Shown: positions 8,336-16,557, numbered from the stretch's first letter. The stretch is 62,354 nt of DNA from Candidatus Saccharibacteria bacterium UBA6824 (GCA_002452155.1 DKEK01000002.1:1-62354), one strand, 5' to 3'. Made by a program: numbers and translations. Notes: generated from the letters alone by a model not told the origin.

Positions 8336-9532
8336 CTAGGAGACTCCCGGGCTAGCTGCGACCAAGGGTATTAGCATCCTTAGCTCACCTATCCCTTCTT
8401 TTACATCCTTGGGGTCTATTGATTCCTTTGGGTGCCCAATTTTGTTGCGTGTTGATGTGACTTTTGGCTGCCCTTTTTCGTCAAGCTCGATCTTTAATTT
8501 TTTCTCCTTAAGCTTCTCTAAAATCCAGTCATTCAGTACTTTTTGCGGCTTACCTTTTTGCTCGTGTCCGTTGTCCCTGCAGATCACATTTTTCCCACAG
8601 CCTTCTTTTTGGCATACATAGGATCGACCAGTCATCGATAAACGAAGCTTTTCGTATAATTCTAGAAGATATGTCTGGCTAGGCGTGTTAAATATGAGGT
8701 GGTTGATTTCAGCATCAGATTTATATCCTAAAAGCGGGCTCTCTATTTTCTCTTCGACTTCTGTTGTGCCAGTTTCCTTGTTTCTTTTAATCTCATAAAT
8801 TTTCTGATCTCTTCCTAGCTCCACAAAATAAGGATCGTGGGTTGTGATTAGTATTTTCACACCATCTGCGATTAGCTTGGTCAGGGACTTGAATAATTCT
8901 TCCTTCCACTTAGGATGCAAGCAAAGTTCAGGTTCCTCTAAGATCAAAAGTGTGTTTATTGCTCCAGACTTTTTAACATTAGCCTCGGCGTAATAACGGA
9001 TGAGGGAGGCCAGAATCATCCTCTGGGCGCCAGTGCCAATTTTGCTTAGCTCAATTTCGTCGGTTTTAGTGGGGTATAAATCCTTGGCAAAAGGCTTGGC
9101 CAATTTTATGACTAAAGATTCATTTATGCTCTCGAGTTTTATGTCTAGTTCAGTGTCTTCTACGCCCGATTCTTTCAGAATTTTATTAACACCTTGGACG
9201 AGTTTAATCTTTTCACTTGCAAAATCAGTCCTAAGCTTATCCATCATAGAATTGTCGAAGATGGGCGACAGCAGTTCGGCAATAGCAACGTAAAAAGGAT
9301 CTGCTTTTGCGGAAATTTTTAACTCTTGGTCTGGCTGTATTCGGTCAGCTGGAATAAAAATTATACGGTAATCCGTGAGTTGCTTAATATCTCTTTGATT
9401 CTTGACGATGGAGTCGACAATACTGGTTTTACCGCTATTGTTTTCGCCTGCGAGAATCGTATAGTCGTCGAGTTCGATATCTATTGGGCTAGTTATACTG
9501 CTAGTGTCGTTCGGCTGAATTGTAATCTTCAT
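8336..9532 (-). CDS. ABC-type (AAA_15/21-like) ATPase with a C-terminal HEPN-like Rx4H module; PrrC-like architecture
   Basis: Start reassigned to the ATG at 9530-9532 (MKITIQ...), preceded by GGGAGGA. Walker A GENNSGKT (aa 29-36), signature-like GTGAQR (166-171), Walker B LLILEEPE (195-202), H-loop TTHD (230-233). The C-terminal ~135 aa carry a Cys/His cluster CQKEGCGKNVICRDNGH and RNKIGH (aa 362-367, nt 8432-8449). Hand counts of two 60-nt lines give 38-43% GC, against about 58% in an rpoB line. Confidence 0.7.
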   Translation of the reverse strand: MKITIQPNDTSSITSPIDIELDDYTILAGENNSGKTSIVDSIVKNQRDIKQLTDYRIIFIPADRIQPDQELKISAKADPFYVAIAELLSPIFDNSMMDKLRTDFASEKIKLVQGVNKILKESGVEDTELDIKLESINESLVIKLAKPFAKDLYPTKTDEIELSKIGTGAQRMILASLIRYYAEANVKKSGAINTLLILEEPELCLHPKWKEELFKSLTKLIADGVKILITTHDPYFVELGRDQKIYEIKRNKETGTTEVEEKIESPLLGYKSDAEINHLIFNTPSQTYLLELYEKLRLSMTGRSYVCQKEGCGKNVICRDNGHEQKGKPQKVLNDWILEKLKEKKLKIELDEKGQPKVTSTRNKIGHPKESIDPKDVKEGIGELRMLIPLVAASPGVS

Positions 9533-9615
9533 ACTCAAGTCCTCCCTCGAATTATACTCTTGGGAGGAAGAAGCGGACAGTTCTGCGCTACAATAAAACT
9601 TAACAGGAGGTGAGT

Positions 9616-9834
9616 ATGCCGAAGTGGCAATACATAGTGGAAGTAATAACGGCAAGTGAAAAGTGGGGCGAAAAAAGACAAGCCAAAGAGATTGAGAATT
9701 TTCAGCATAGACTAAACGAGATGGGACAAGAGGGGTGGGAGATGATCTCTTATGAGTCAGTGCCTCTTCTTGGAACATTCTCAAAGAATCTGAAAGGATA
9801 TGCCTACCTCTGTTTTTTCAAAAAGCAGCTCTAG
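9616..9834 (+). CDS. DUF4177-like small protein
   Basis: MPKWQYIVEV...LNEMGQEGWEMISYE matches the KWEYK...LN.LG.EGWELV pattern of DUF4177. AGGAGG lies 5 nt upstream of the ATG at 9616 (the ORF track starts at a GTG at 9610). Confidence 0.6.
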   Translation: MPKWQYIVEVITASEKWGEKRQAKEIENFQHRLNEMGQEGWEMISYESVPLLGTFSKNLKGYAYLCFFKKQL

Positions 9835-9920
9835 AAATCGTGGAGAGGGGCTTGTCCAGCCAGTAGTTTGACAGAACCACGGCTGGGGAAAGGGGGTAGG
9901 GTCCGTTTTGGAATTGAAAA

Positions 9921-9938
9921 GCGCCCCTTTCAGGGCGC
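9921..9938. terminator. Short GC hairpin between convergent genes (possible bidirectional terminator)
   Basis: GCGCCC-ctttca-GGGCGC, flanked by AAAA on the left. It lies between the DUF4177 stop (9834) and the stop of the 9980-10504 gene. Confidence 0.4.
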
Positions 9939-9979
9939 TGGGGCGGAAGTCCAACTCGCTCCCGCCCTTGAAGTTGCTG

Positions 9980-10504
9980 CTAGCCGCCGTATTCGGCCAC
10001 CAGTAGCCACTGCGGGTTCTCGAACGGGATGCCGTGCTGCTCGCAGAAGTTCTTGGCGGCAACCAGAGCACCATCGTCCAGTGTCGTTGCCGCCGGTTTC
10101 GGTTCAGCCCAGCTAGCGCCGCTGATCGTCGGCTTCACGGCCAGGATGATGCAGGGCTCGGAGGACTCGCCGGTCGATACGTCGATCACTCCGATCGGGC
10201 AGTTGTCGACGGTCTCCTGGCGGGCCTTCCAGAAGGCACTCATGGCCTCCTTGTTGGCCGAGTCTCCTTCGTACCACTCCTTCCATCCCTCGTTGCGGTC
10301 GGTGATGTGAGCGGACGGATCGGTGAGTCCGGCCAACGAAGTCACCCATTCTTCGAAATCGGGCTTTTCGCCGGCAGGATCGTCCTCATCGGTGTCTTCG
10401 TCGTCACCGCCCTCGCTTTCGACGACCGCCCAAGGCAAGTCGTCGAACTTCTCGTCGCTGAGGTGTATCCCGTATCCGAGATACGCCATAACCAAAATGC
10501 CCAT
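9980..10504 (-). CDS. Hypothetical acidic protein encoded by anomalously GC-rich DNA
   Basis: Start placed at the ATG at 10502-10504 (MGILVMAYLGYG...) with AAGGAG 5 nt upstream. Contains the acidic run ESEGGDDEDTDEDDPAGEKPDFEEW. Hand counts of two 60-nt lines give 62% and 67% GC. Long shadow ORFs on the opposite strand are typical of high-GC DNA. Confidence 0.6.
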   Translation of the reverse strand: MGILVMAYLGYGIHLSDEKFDDLPWAVVESEGGDDEDTDEDDPAGEKPDFEEWVTSLAGLTDPSAHITDRNEGWKEWYEGDSANKEAMSAFWKARQETVDNCPIGVIDVSTGESSEPCIILAVKPTISGASWAEPKPAATTLDDGALVAAKNFCEQHGIPFENPQWLLVAEYGG

Positions 10505-10584
10505 TGAGACTCCTTGGTCGAGGATACGATTAGCATACAATAATTAACCCCATAGCACAAGGGGGAAGGGGGAAGAGTCCGCTG

Positions 10585-11586
10585 GTGGCTTGGTATACTG
10601 GATTGATAGTGAGAGCAAGAACAGTCGTTAAAACATTTCTAACGGTTTGTCTGGTGGCCGTACCGGTGGTTGGCTTTTGGCAACGCAACGCTATTTATGA
10701 CGCGGTGCGCTTGCACGGCTACAACCCGCCGACGGCGGTAGTTGATTTGGCGACTCAGGATACTATGACCAGCCAAGGCCGCCACCTTTTTTACGTTAAC
10801 CATCCTCAGTTAGTCGGCGACAGCGCCACCTTCCGGGCCGACTGCACCATAACCGAGCAAACGATTGTGCTTGGCTGTTACCATCCCACCCAGCGGGGTA
10901 TCTTTGTCTATAGCGTCAGCGACCCCCGACTAGGCGGAGTGACTGAAGTAACGGCCGCCCACGAAATGCTGCACGCCGCCTACGATCGGCTAAGCTCTAG
11001 CGACAAAAAAGACGTCGACAAAATGCTGAACGATTATTACCAAAACGACCTGCACGACCAGCGCATCCTAGATACGATTGAGGCTTACAAAAAGACCGAG
11101 CCAAAAGACCTCGTAAACGAAATGCACTCGGTTTTTGGTACCGAAGTCGCCAACTTACCGGCTTCGCTGGAAGCTTATTACCAACGCTATTTTTCTAACC
11201 GCGCGACAGTCGTTGCCTTCTCGCAAAACTACGAGGGAGAGTTTACCAGCCGCAGCGCTAAAACCAGCCAATATGAGACCCAAATTAATTCTTTGAAGCA
11301 GAGGGTCCAATCAGAGGAAGCCAACCTGCGCAGCCAGTTAGCTAAAATTGAGGCCGATCGGGCCCGTTTGGATTCACTGCGCAGCTCCAACCAAATTGAG
11401 GCCTACAACGCCGGTGTCGCCAGTTATAACACCGAGATTGACGCTTACAACGCCGGCGTAGCCCAATATAAGAGCGACGTTGATAGGTATAACACCCTAG
11501 TCGAGCAATATAACGCCATTGCCGGTGAGCTCAAACAGCTATATGGCGCTATCGATACCCGCCTGCAAACGGAGTCTACCCGCTAA
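10585..11586 (+). CDS. Membrane-anchored putative zinc metalloprotease-like protein with a C-terminal YN-repeat coiled coil
   Basis: N-terminal hydrophobic helix (FLTVCLVAVPVVGFW), HExxH motif in TAAHEMLHAAYDRL, and a C-terminal repeat EAYNAGVASYNTEIDAYNAGVAQYKSDVDRYNTLVEQYNA. GTG start. Confidence 0.6.
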   Translation: MAWYTGLIVRARTVVKTFLTVCLVAVPVVGFWQRNAIYDAVRLHGYNPPTAVVDLATQDTMTSQGRHLFYVNHPQLVGDSATFRADCTITEQTIVLGCYHPTQRGIFVYSVSDPRLGGVTEVTAAHEMLHAAYDRLSSSDKKDVDKMLNDYYQNDLHDQRILDTIEAYKKTEPKDLVNEMHSVFGTEVANLPASLEAYYQRYFSNRATVVAFSQNYEGEFTSRSAKTSQYETQINSLKQRVQSEEANLRSQLAKIEADRARLDSLRSSNQIEAYNAGVASYNTEIDAYNAGVAQYKSDVDRYNTLVEQYNAIAGELKQLYGAIDTRLQTESTR

Positions 11587-14454
11587 CTAGTCGTTGCGGT
11601 GGCCGCCACCCTGGCCGCCGCTAGGGGTTCCACCGCCGGGTGTCACCGGCGCCGGTGCGCTGTAAACGATAGTCGCCGGGTCGCTGGTGGTATCATAGAG
11701 CACACTATCAATCACCTGGGCGGTCACGGTGTGGCTGCCGGCCGCTACCGTATAGCTGAAGCTGCGGCTGGCCGGTGAGTCCGTTAGGTCGTTATAGGTT
11801 TTAACCACCGCGCCGTCGACCGTAAAGTTGATAGTACCGGGAAATTGCGGGTAATTGCCGTCACTGAAGGCATGGCTGCCGGCAGAGGCGGTGGCCGTGA
11901 GGGTAAAAGTACCATCTTTATTATCGGTAGTGGTAAGAGTTATAGCCGGCTTGGCGTCGTCGCAGAGGTGGACGTCATCGGCCGTGCTGGTGCCGGCACT
12001 TGCTGCCCCGCTGCCAAAGAAGATATCGGCCGAGAACCGCTCGGCTGAGCTGTTGGCGCTGGTGGTCTGCTTGGCCAGGGGCGGCGTACAGTCGGTAGCC
12101 AGTTTATTACTGACTTTATCGGTATTCGTGCTGGTAGTAGGTGCATTTTTGGGTTTATACCATGATGGGAAGAGGTCGGTGCTGGGACTGGGCTCGACCG
12201 AACCGATACCGACGTGGCTGGTGACCACAAAAGCCGGCAGATGCTGGATGCCCGGCGGCTCTGTCCAGTTGACCGCCGGACCCGGGACGGTGTCCAGTGC
12301 GGCGTACATCATATTGCGCGTCAACGGGGCCGTCATGTATTCCATAAAGCCCGACAGGGCCCGCTCGCGGTTGTGGTAGCCGACCCAGCTGCCAACGGCG
12401 TACTGGGTGTTCCAGCCCATCATCAGACCGTCGAAACCATTGTTAGTGGTGCCGGTCTTGACGCCGCTGTTCCAGCCCTTATAGCGATGCCATTTGTAAA
12501 ACCCGGCCGGCAGGTAGCTGGCGTTCGGGTCGGAAGCCATGTTGTTGACAATGTAGGCTGTCTCGGCCTTGATAACTTGCTGGGGCTTGGGCTGCTTCCA
12601 CTCGTAAATGGTCTTATTGGCGGCGTCGTGGATTTTGAGGATATAGGTTTGAGGGATAGCTTGGCCCATGCGCCCGAGGGAGGCAAAGCCGTTAACATGT
12701 TGGTCTAGGTGAAAAAAGGCGCCGTCGCCAATGGCCGCCGCGCCATAACACTGGGTTTTTTGGGTCAGCGCCGTGTCGCCGTAGCAGTTGTAGGCACCCG
12801 GGGCGTTCATTAGGCTGTCGGCTAGATTAATCGTCTTGTCGACGCCGACAATCAGCATAGCCTTAACGGCCGGGATGTTGCGCGAGCCGCCCAGGGCATA
12901 ACGCAGGCTCAGTGGGCCGGGGTTGCGAAAATCATAATCCTGCAGGCAGTTACTGTTGCCTTTGGGCGGCGGCGAACCTTTGATAGTGCAGGGGTAGCCC
13001 GGTATCGGGCCCTGCTGGTCATAAAGTACCGAGCCGGCGCCGGCGGTGGTAGTATTTTCAATCAGCGAGGCGTAGTCATAGGGCTTGAAGCTGGAGCCGG
13101 GGGCGATTTTAACTTCATGGGCATAATTGAGCTGGCCGTGGTCGGGATTAGTGAAATCAACACCGCCAACTAGGGCCACCATTTGGCCGGTTTTGACGTC
13201 TTCCGTCACCAGAGCCTGCTCGTCGGCGCCGTAGCGCCGGACGTTAGACTGGTTGTCGGCCACAATTTTTTCGGCTTTATTTTGCAAATTCATATCAAGC
13301 GTGGTGATAACTTTCCAGCCGCCAATTTTAGTCGAGCCGCCACCGCCGGTTGGCACGAACTTATTGCGCAGTTCATCCTTGGCCGCCAGCACAAAATAAG
13401 GTGATTTAATACCTGCATATTTGGTCGTTTGGGGCTGGATCTCGGCCAGCACATCAACCTTTTTGGCGGCTTCTGATTGGGCTTTGGTGATTTTGTGCGA
13501 TTGCTCGAGTACATCCAAAATGTAATGCTGGCGGCCAGTCAGTGCCTGTTTGTCAAAATCGGGGCTGTAGGGCGAGTAAATCGCCGGGGATTTAGGAATA
13601 GAGGCCAAGAAAGCGGCCTCGGCCAGTGTCAAATCCTTAACCGGCTTGCGAAAATAGTCGGCCGTGGCAGTTTGGGCGCCGTAGTCAACGCTGCCGTAAG
13701 GCGCGGCGTTTAGGTAGCCGGTTAGAATCTCGTCCTTGGTGTATGTCCGCTCCAACTCGACGGCTAAGATGATTTCTTTAATTTTGCGGGCGATGCTGCG
13801 CTGGTTAGTCCAGTTTTCGTTGATCTTGACCAGCTGCTGGGTAATCGTCGAACCGCCCTGGGTACCATTTCTTTTGAAGACATCATTAAGAGCCGCCCGG
13901 CCAATGCCCTTAACGTCAAAGCCGCGGTGTTTGTAAAAATCACGGTCTTCTATGGATACGGTGGCGTCTTTGAGGTATTGGGACATGTCACTGCTGGCTA
14001 TCGGCACCCTTTTTATGGCGTCGTAATCCTGCCACAGCAACGTCTGGCCGGTGCGGTCGTAATAACTAATACTGCCGCCCAGTTTGCTGCCGGAAATATC
14101 TTTAATATTCGGCAAATCTTTGCGGAAAAAGGCAAAAACGCCAAGTGTCAGTATAAAAATGGCGACAATCGCCAGACCCAGAATTTTAAGGCCCATGATG
14201 GCGCCGTCGCGGCTAAGCCAATACTCGGCCCAATTGCGTGGATCCAGGTGCCACAAGACCCTTTTGAACCTGGATTTAGGCAAACCGCTCAGGCGGTGGA
14301 CTTTGCGCAGTGATTTGCCTTCTTTCATCGCTGTCCAGCGTTCGCCCAAGCTGCGATTGACCTTAAGCACCCGACCGCTGCGTGTTGTGACGTACTTGCC
14401 GGGACTGCGTCGCGCACGGCCACGGCTATACTTGCCCAAATCTTTTTTAGCCAT
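11587..14454 (-). CDS. Class A penicillin-binding protein (bifunctional glycosyltransferase/transpeptidase, PBP1A-like) with a long C-terminal extension
   Basis: 955 aa. GT51 motifs (SIEDRDFYKHRGFD, GGSTITQQLVK), transpeptidase SxxK (PGSSFKP) and KTGT (VKTGTT). The C-terminal ~200 aa is an Ig-like/G-rich tail. Its stop codon abuts the stop of the convergent 10585-11586 gene with 0 nt between them. Confidence 0.92.
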   Translation of the reverse strand: MAKKDLGKYSRGRARRSPGKYVTTRSGRVLKVNRSLGERWTAMKEGKSLRKVHRLSGLPKSRFKRVLWHLDPRNWAEYWLSRDGAIMGLKILGLAIVAIFILTLGVFAFFRKDLPNIKDISGSKLGGSISYYDRTGQTLLWQDYDAIKRVPIASSDMSQYLKDATVSIEDRDFYKHRGFDVKGIGRAALNDVFKRNGTQGGSTITQQLVKINENWTNQRSIARKIKEIILAVELERTYTKDEILTGYLNAAPYGSVDYGAQTATADYFRKPVKDLTLAEAAFLASIPKSPAIYSPYSPDFDKQALTGRQHYILDVLEQSHKITKAQSEAAKKVDVLAEIQPQTTKYAGIKSPYFVLAAKDELRNKFVPTGGGGSTKIGGWKVITTLDMNLQNKAEKIVADNQSNVRRYGADEQALVTEDVKTGQMVALVGGVDFTNPDHGQLNYAHEVKIAPGSSFKPYDYASLIENTTTAGAGSVLYDQQGPIPGYPCTIKGSPPPKGNSNCLQDYDFRNPGPLSLRYALGGSRNIPAVKAMLIVGVDKTINLADSLMNAPGAYNCYGDTALTQKTQCYGAAAIGDGAFFHLDQHVNGFASLGRMGQAIPQTYILKIHDAANKTIYEWKQPKPQQVIKAETAYIVNNMASDPNASYLPAGFYKWHRYKGWNSGVKTGTTNNGFDGLMMGWNTQYAVGSWVGYHNRERALSGFMEYMTAPLTRNMMYAALDTVPGPAVNWTEPPGIQHLPAFVVTSHVGIGSVEPSPSTDLFPSWYKPKNAPTTSTNTDKVSNKLATDCTPPLAKQTTSANSSAERFSADIFFGSGAASAGTSTADDVHLCDDAKPAITLTTTDNKDGTFTLTATASAGSHAFSDGNYPQFPGTINFTVDGAVVKTYNDLTDSPASRSFSYTVAAGSHTVTAQVIDSVLYDTTSDPATIVYSAPAPVTPGGGTPSGGQGGGHRND

Positions 14455-14545
14455 AAATTCTGCTCATCATTATACCAAACTATCGTTCGTCAAATACCCG
14501 TTAAGGTATACTATTATTAATGAAAATTATGCTGAGAACCGCCTG

Positions 14546-15790
14546 ATGAAACTAAACCAAGATTTGGTCTGGCGGGGCCTGATAAAAGATAATACCTTCG
14601 CTGATGCCTCTTGGCTGGATAAGCCGCAGACTTTTTACCATGGCGTAGACGCCAGTAGCGATAGTCTGACTATTGGCAACTTGGCGGCGCTGTTGCTGGC
14701 CCGGCGCTTAAGCGCTGCCGGCTGGAAAGCGGTACTGCTGGTCGGCGGCGCCACAAGCCTGATTGGCGACCCCGGCGGCAAAGTCGCCGAACGGAAGCTT
14801 AAAACCCCTGAAGAAGTTTCGCGCAACGTCGAGGCTATCAAAAAACAGGTGTCCCAGATCTTCGCCGGCGAGTCTTTCATTCCGGCCGACAACTATGACT
14901 GGTTTTCCGGCGTCAAATACCTCGATTTTTTGCGCGACATCGGCAAGCACTATTCCATGACCGAACTGATGCAGCGCGATTTTGTCACCGAGCGCATGGG
15001 TGAGGGCGGCAGCGGTATCAGCTACGCCGAATTCAGCTACTCGCTTATCCAAGGCTATGACTACTGGCAGTTGTACAAAAGACACAAGGTAGTGCTGCAA
15101 ATTGGTGGCTCTGACCAGTGGGGCAACATGCTTTCGGGCGTGGCGCTTGTCCGTAAAAAGGAAAGCGCCGAGGTTCACGCTCTTTCCATGGCCCTAGTCG
15201 TCAACCAAGAAACCGGCCAAAAGTTTGGCAAATCTGAAGAAGGTGCTATCTGGCTTGATCCCAAAAAGACCAGCCCGACCCAGTTTTACCAGTTCTGGAT
15301 CAATGTCGATGATGCCGACGTCGAAGATTATCTGAAGGTCTTCACATTCCTGCCCAAAGCGGAAATAGAGCGGGTTAGCGCAGAGCACAAAGCCAGTCCT
15401 GCAAAGCGTGCAGCCCAAAAGGCTCTGGCCGAAGAAGTGACGAAGATCGTCCACGGCGGCGACCAGAGCGACACTGCCGGCGGCGTGACAAAATACTTAA
15501 CAGGTCAAGCATCTTTGACTGAGGCAAACCATGAAGAGCTTGATGAAATTCGCAAAGAACTACCCTCGGCAAAAGTTGCCGCCGGCAGCTCGGTCATTGA
15601 CGCGCTTATGGAAACTGAACTGGCTGCTTCGAAGTCTGAGGCTCGGCGTTTGCTAGCTAGCGCCGCGGTCTATATCAACGGCCAAAGCACCGATCAAGAT
15701 AATTTCAAGGATGGTAATTTTCAAAACGGCCGCCTGCTACTGCGCCGCGGCAAAGCCCACAAAGACTCGGCTCTGATAGAATTAAAGTAA
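14546..15790 (+). CDS. tyrS: Tyrosine--tRNA ligase
   Basis: Start moved to the ATG at 14546 (MKLNQDLVWRGLI...). Aligns by eye along its whole length to Bacillus-type TyrRS (GGATSLIGDPGGK, LQIGGSDQWGN, KFGKS, C-terminal S4-like domain). The HIGH signature reads TIGN. Confidence 0.93.
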   Translation: MKLNQDLVWRGLIKDNTFADASWLDKPQTFYHGVDASSDSLTIGNLAALLLARRLSAAGWKAVLLVGGATSLIGDPGGKVAERKLKTPEEVSRNVEAIKKQVSQIFAGESFIPADNYDWFSGVKYLDFLRDIGKHYSMTELMQRDFVTERMGEGGSGISYAEFSYSLIQGYDYWQLYKRHKVVLQIGGSDQWGNMLSGVALVRKKESAEVHALSMALVVNQETGQKFGKSEEGAIWLDPKKTSPTQFYQFWINVDDADVEDYLKVFTFLPKAEIERVSAEHKASPAKRAAQKALAEEVTKIVHGGDQSDTAGGVTKYLTGQASLTEANHEELDEIRKELPSAKVAAGSSVIDALMETELAASKSEARRLLASAAVYINGQSTDQDNFKDGNFQNGRLLLRRGKAHKDSALIELK

Positions 15791-16557
15791 TGGTTAAAAC
15801 AAAAACCAAAAAAACGGTAAGGAAAGCCGACCATTACGACGACCCTAGGTATAACTATCAGGACTATTGGACGGGTCGTGAATACGAGCACGCGGCCGAA
15901 GAGATGGCTATTAAGCGTCTGCTGCGGGGTAAGAAATTTAAGCATGCGATTGATGTCGGCGGCGGCTACGGCCGTTTGAGTAAATTCCTAACTAAATATG
16001 CCGATAAGGTGACTCTAGCCGAGCCCAGCCAGCAGCAGCTGGATATGGCCAGGATTTATCTCAAAGGCGCAACCCAAGTTGACCACAAATTGCTCCAGGC
16101 AGCTGATCTGCAGATGCCAGCCGGCTCCGTTGACCTAGTATTAGTTGCACGCGTTCTGCATCATTTGCCCGACCCCGTGCCGGAATTTAGCGAAATCGCT
16201 CGTGTGCTTAAGCCTGGCGGCACTTTTTTGCTGGAATTCGCCAATGACGCCCACTTCTTAAACCGCCTGCGCTACGGTGTCCGGGGCAAAAAAGTGCCTA
16301 AAAAGCCGGTGGATATTAGCACTAAAGCTGACCCCAAGATTCCCTTCGTCAACCATCACCCCAAGACTATTATTAAACTGCTGCACGACGCCGGCTTTGA
16401 AGTCGAGGTGGCGCTTTCGGGCTCTAACCTGCGCTCGCCGACGCTCAAGCGAATATTTGGTAAAAACGTCCTACTAGGTGTTGAAAAGGTCCTACAGCCG
16501 ATGCTGGCGCCGCTGTATTTTGGCCCCAGCGTCTGGCTAAGACTCAGGAAGCGCTAA
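15790..16557 (+). CDS. Class I SAM-dependent methyltransferase
   Basis: Motif I IDVGGGYGRL and post-I/II blocks (LVLVARVLHHL, LKPGGTFLLE). ATG overlaps the tyrS stop (TAATG). Confidence 0.8.
   Translation: MVKTKTKKTVRKADHYDDPRYNYQDYWTGREYEHAAEEMAIKRLLRGKKFKHAIDVGGGYGRLSKFLTKYADKVTLAEPSQQQLDMARIYLKGATQVDHKLLQAADLQMPAGSVDLVLVARVLHHLPDPVPEFSEIARVLKPGGTFLLEFANDAHFLNRLRYGVRGKKVPKKPVDISTKADPKIPFVNHHPKTIIKLLHDAGFEVEVALSGSNLRSPTLKRIFGKNVLLGVEKVLQPMLAPLYFGPSVWLRLRKR

Noticed and set aside
9541-9567. Inverted repeat CCTCCC-N15-GGGAGG around the ATPase -10 box as an SD-sequestering riboswitch-like structure.
   Set aside because: With the -10 (TATAAT on the minus strand, 9551-9556) lying between the two arms, the upstream arm would not be in the transcript. 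It is more likely a coincidence of the two divergent ribosome-binding regions.
9533-9784. N-terminal 84 aa of the 482-aa track ORF for the ATPase.
   Set aside because: It would read through the divergent promoter region and overlap the DUF4177 gene. The internal ATG at 9530-9532 has a GGGAGGA ribosome-binding site and precedes the Walker A motif at the usual distance.
10029-10507. Plus-strand ORFs (93 aa, 157 aa, 74 aa) opposite the GC-rich gene.
   Set aside because: They are R/G/L/S-rich translations typical of antisense frames in high-GC DNA. The minus-strand frame is the longest and has an AAGGAG ribosome-binding site.
14084-14545. N-terminal 154 aa of the 568-aa track ORF upstream of tyrS.
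   Set aside because: This part overlaps the 5' end of the PBP gene on the opposite strand and has no TyrRS similarity. TyrRS homology begins at the Met at 14546.
14455-14545. T-box riboswitch leaders upstream of tyrS, hisS (20801-20875) and trpS (56128-56153).
   Set aside because: The leaders are only about 25-90 nt, far too short for a T-box (about 200 nt or more). No specifier-loop/T-box sequence (AAnnnGGGTGGnACC-like) was seen.
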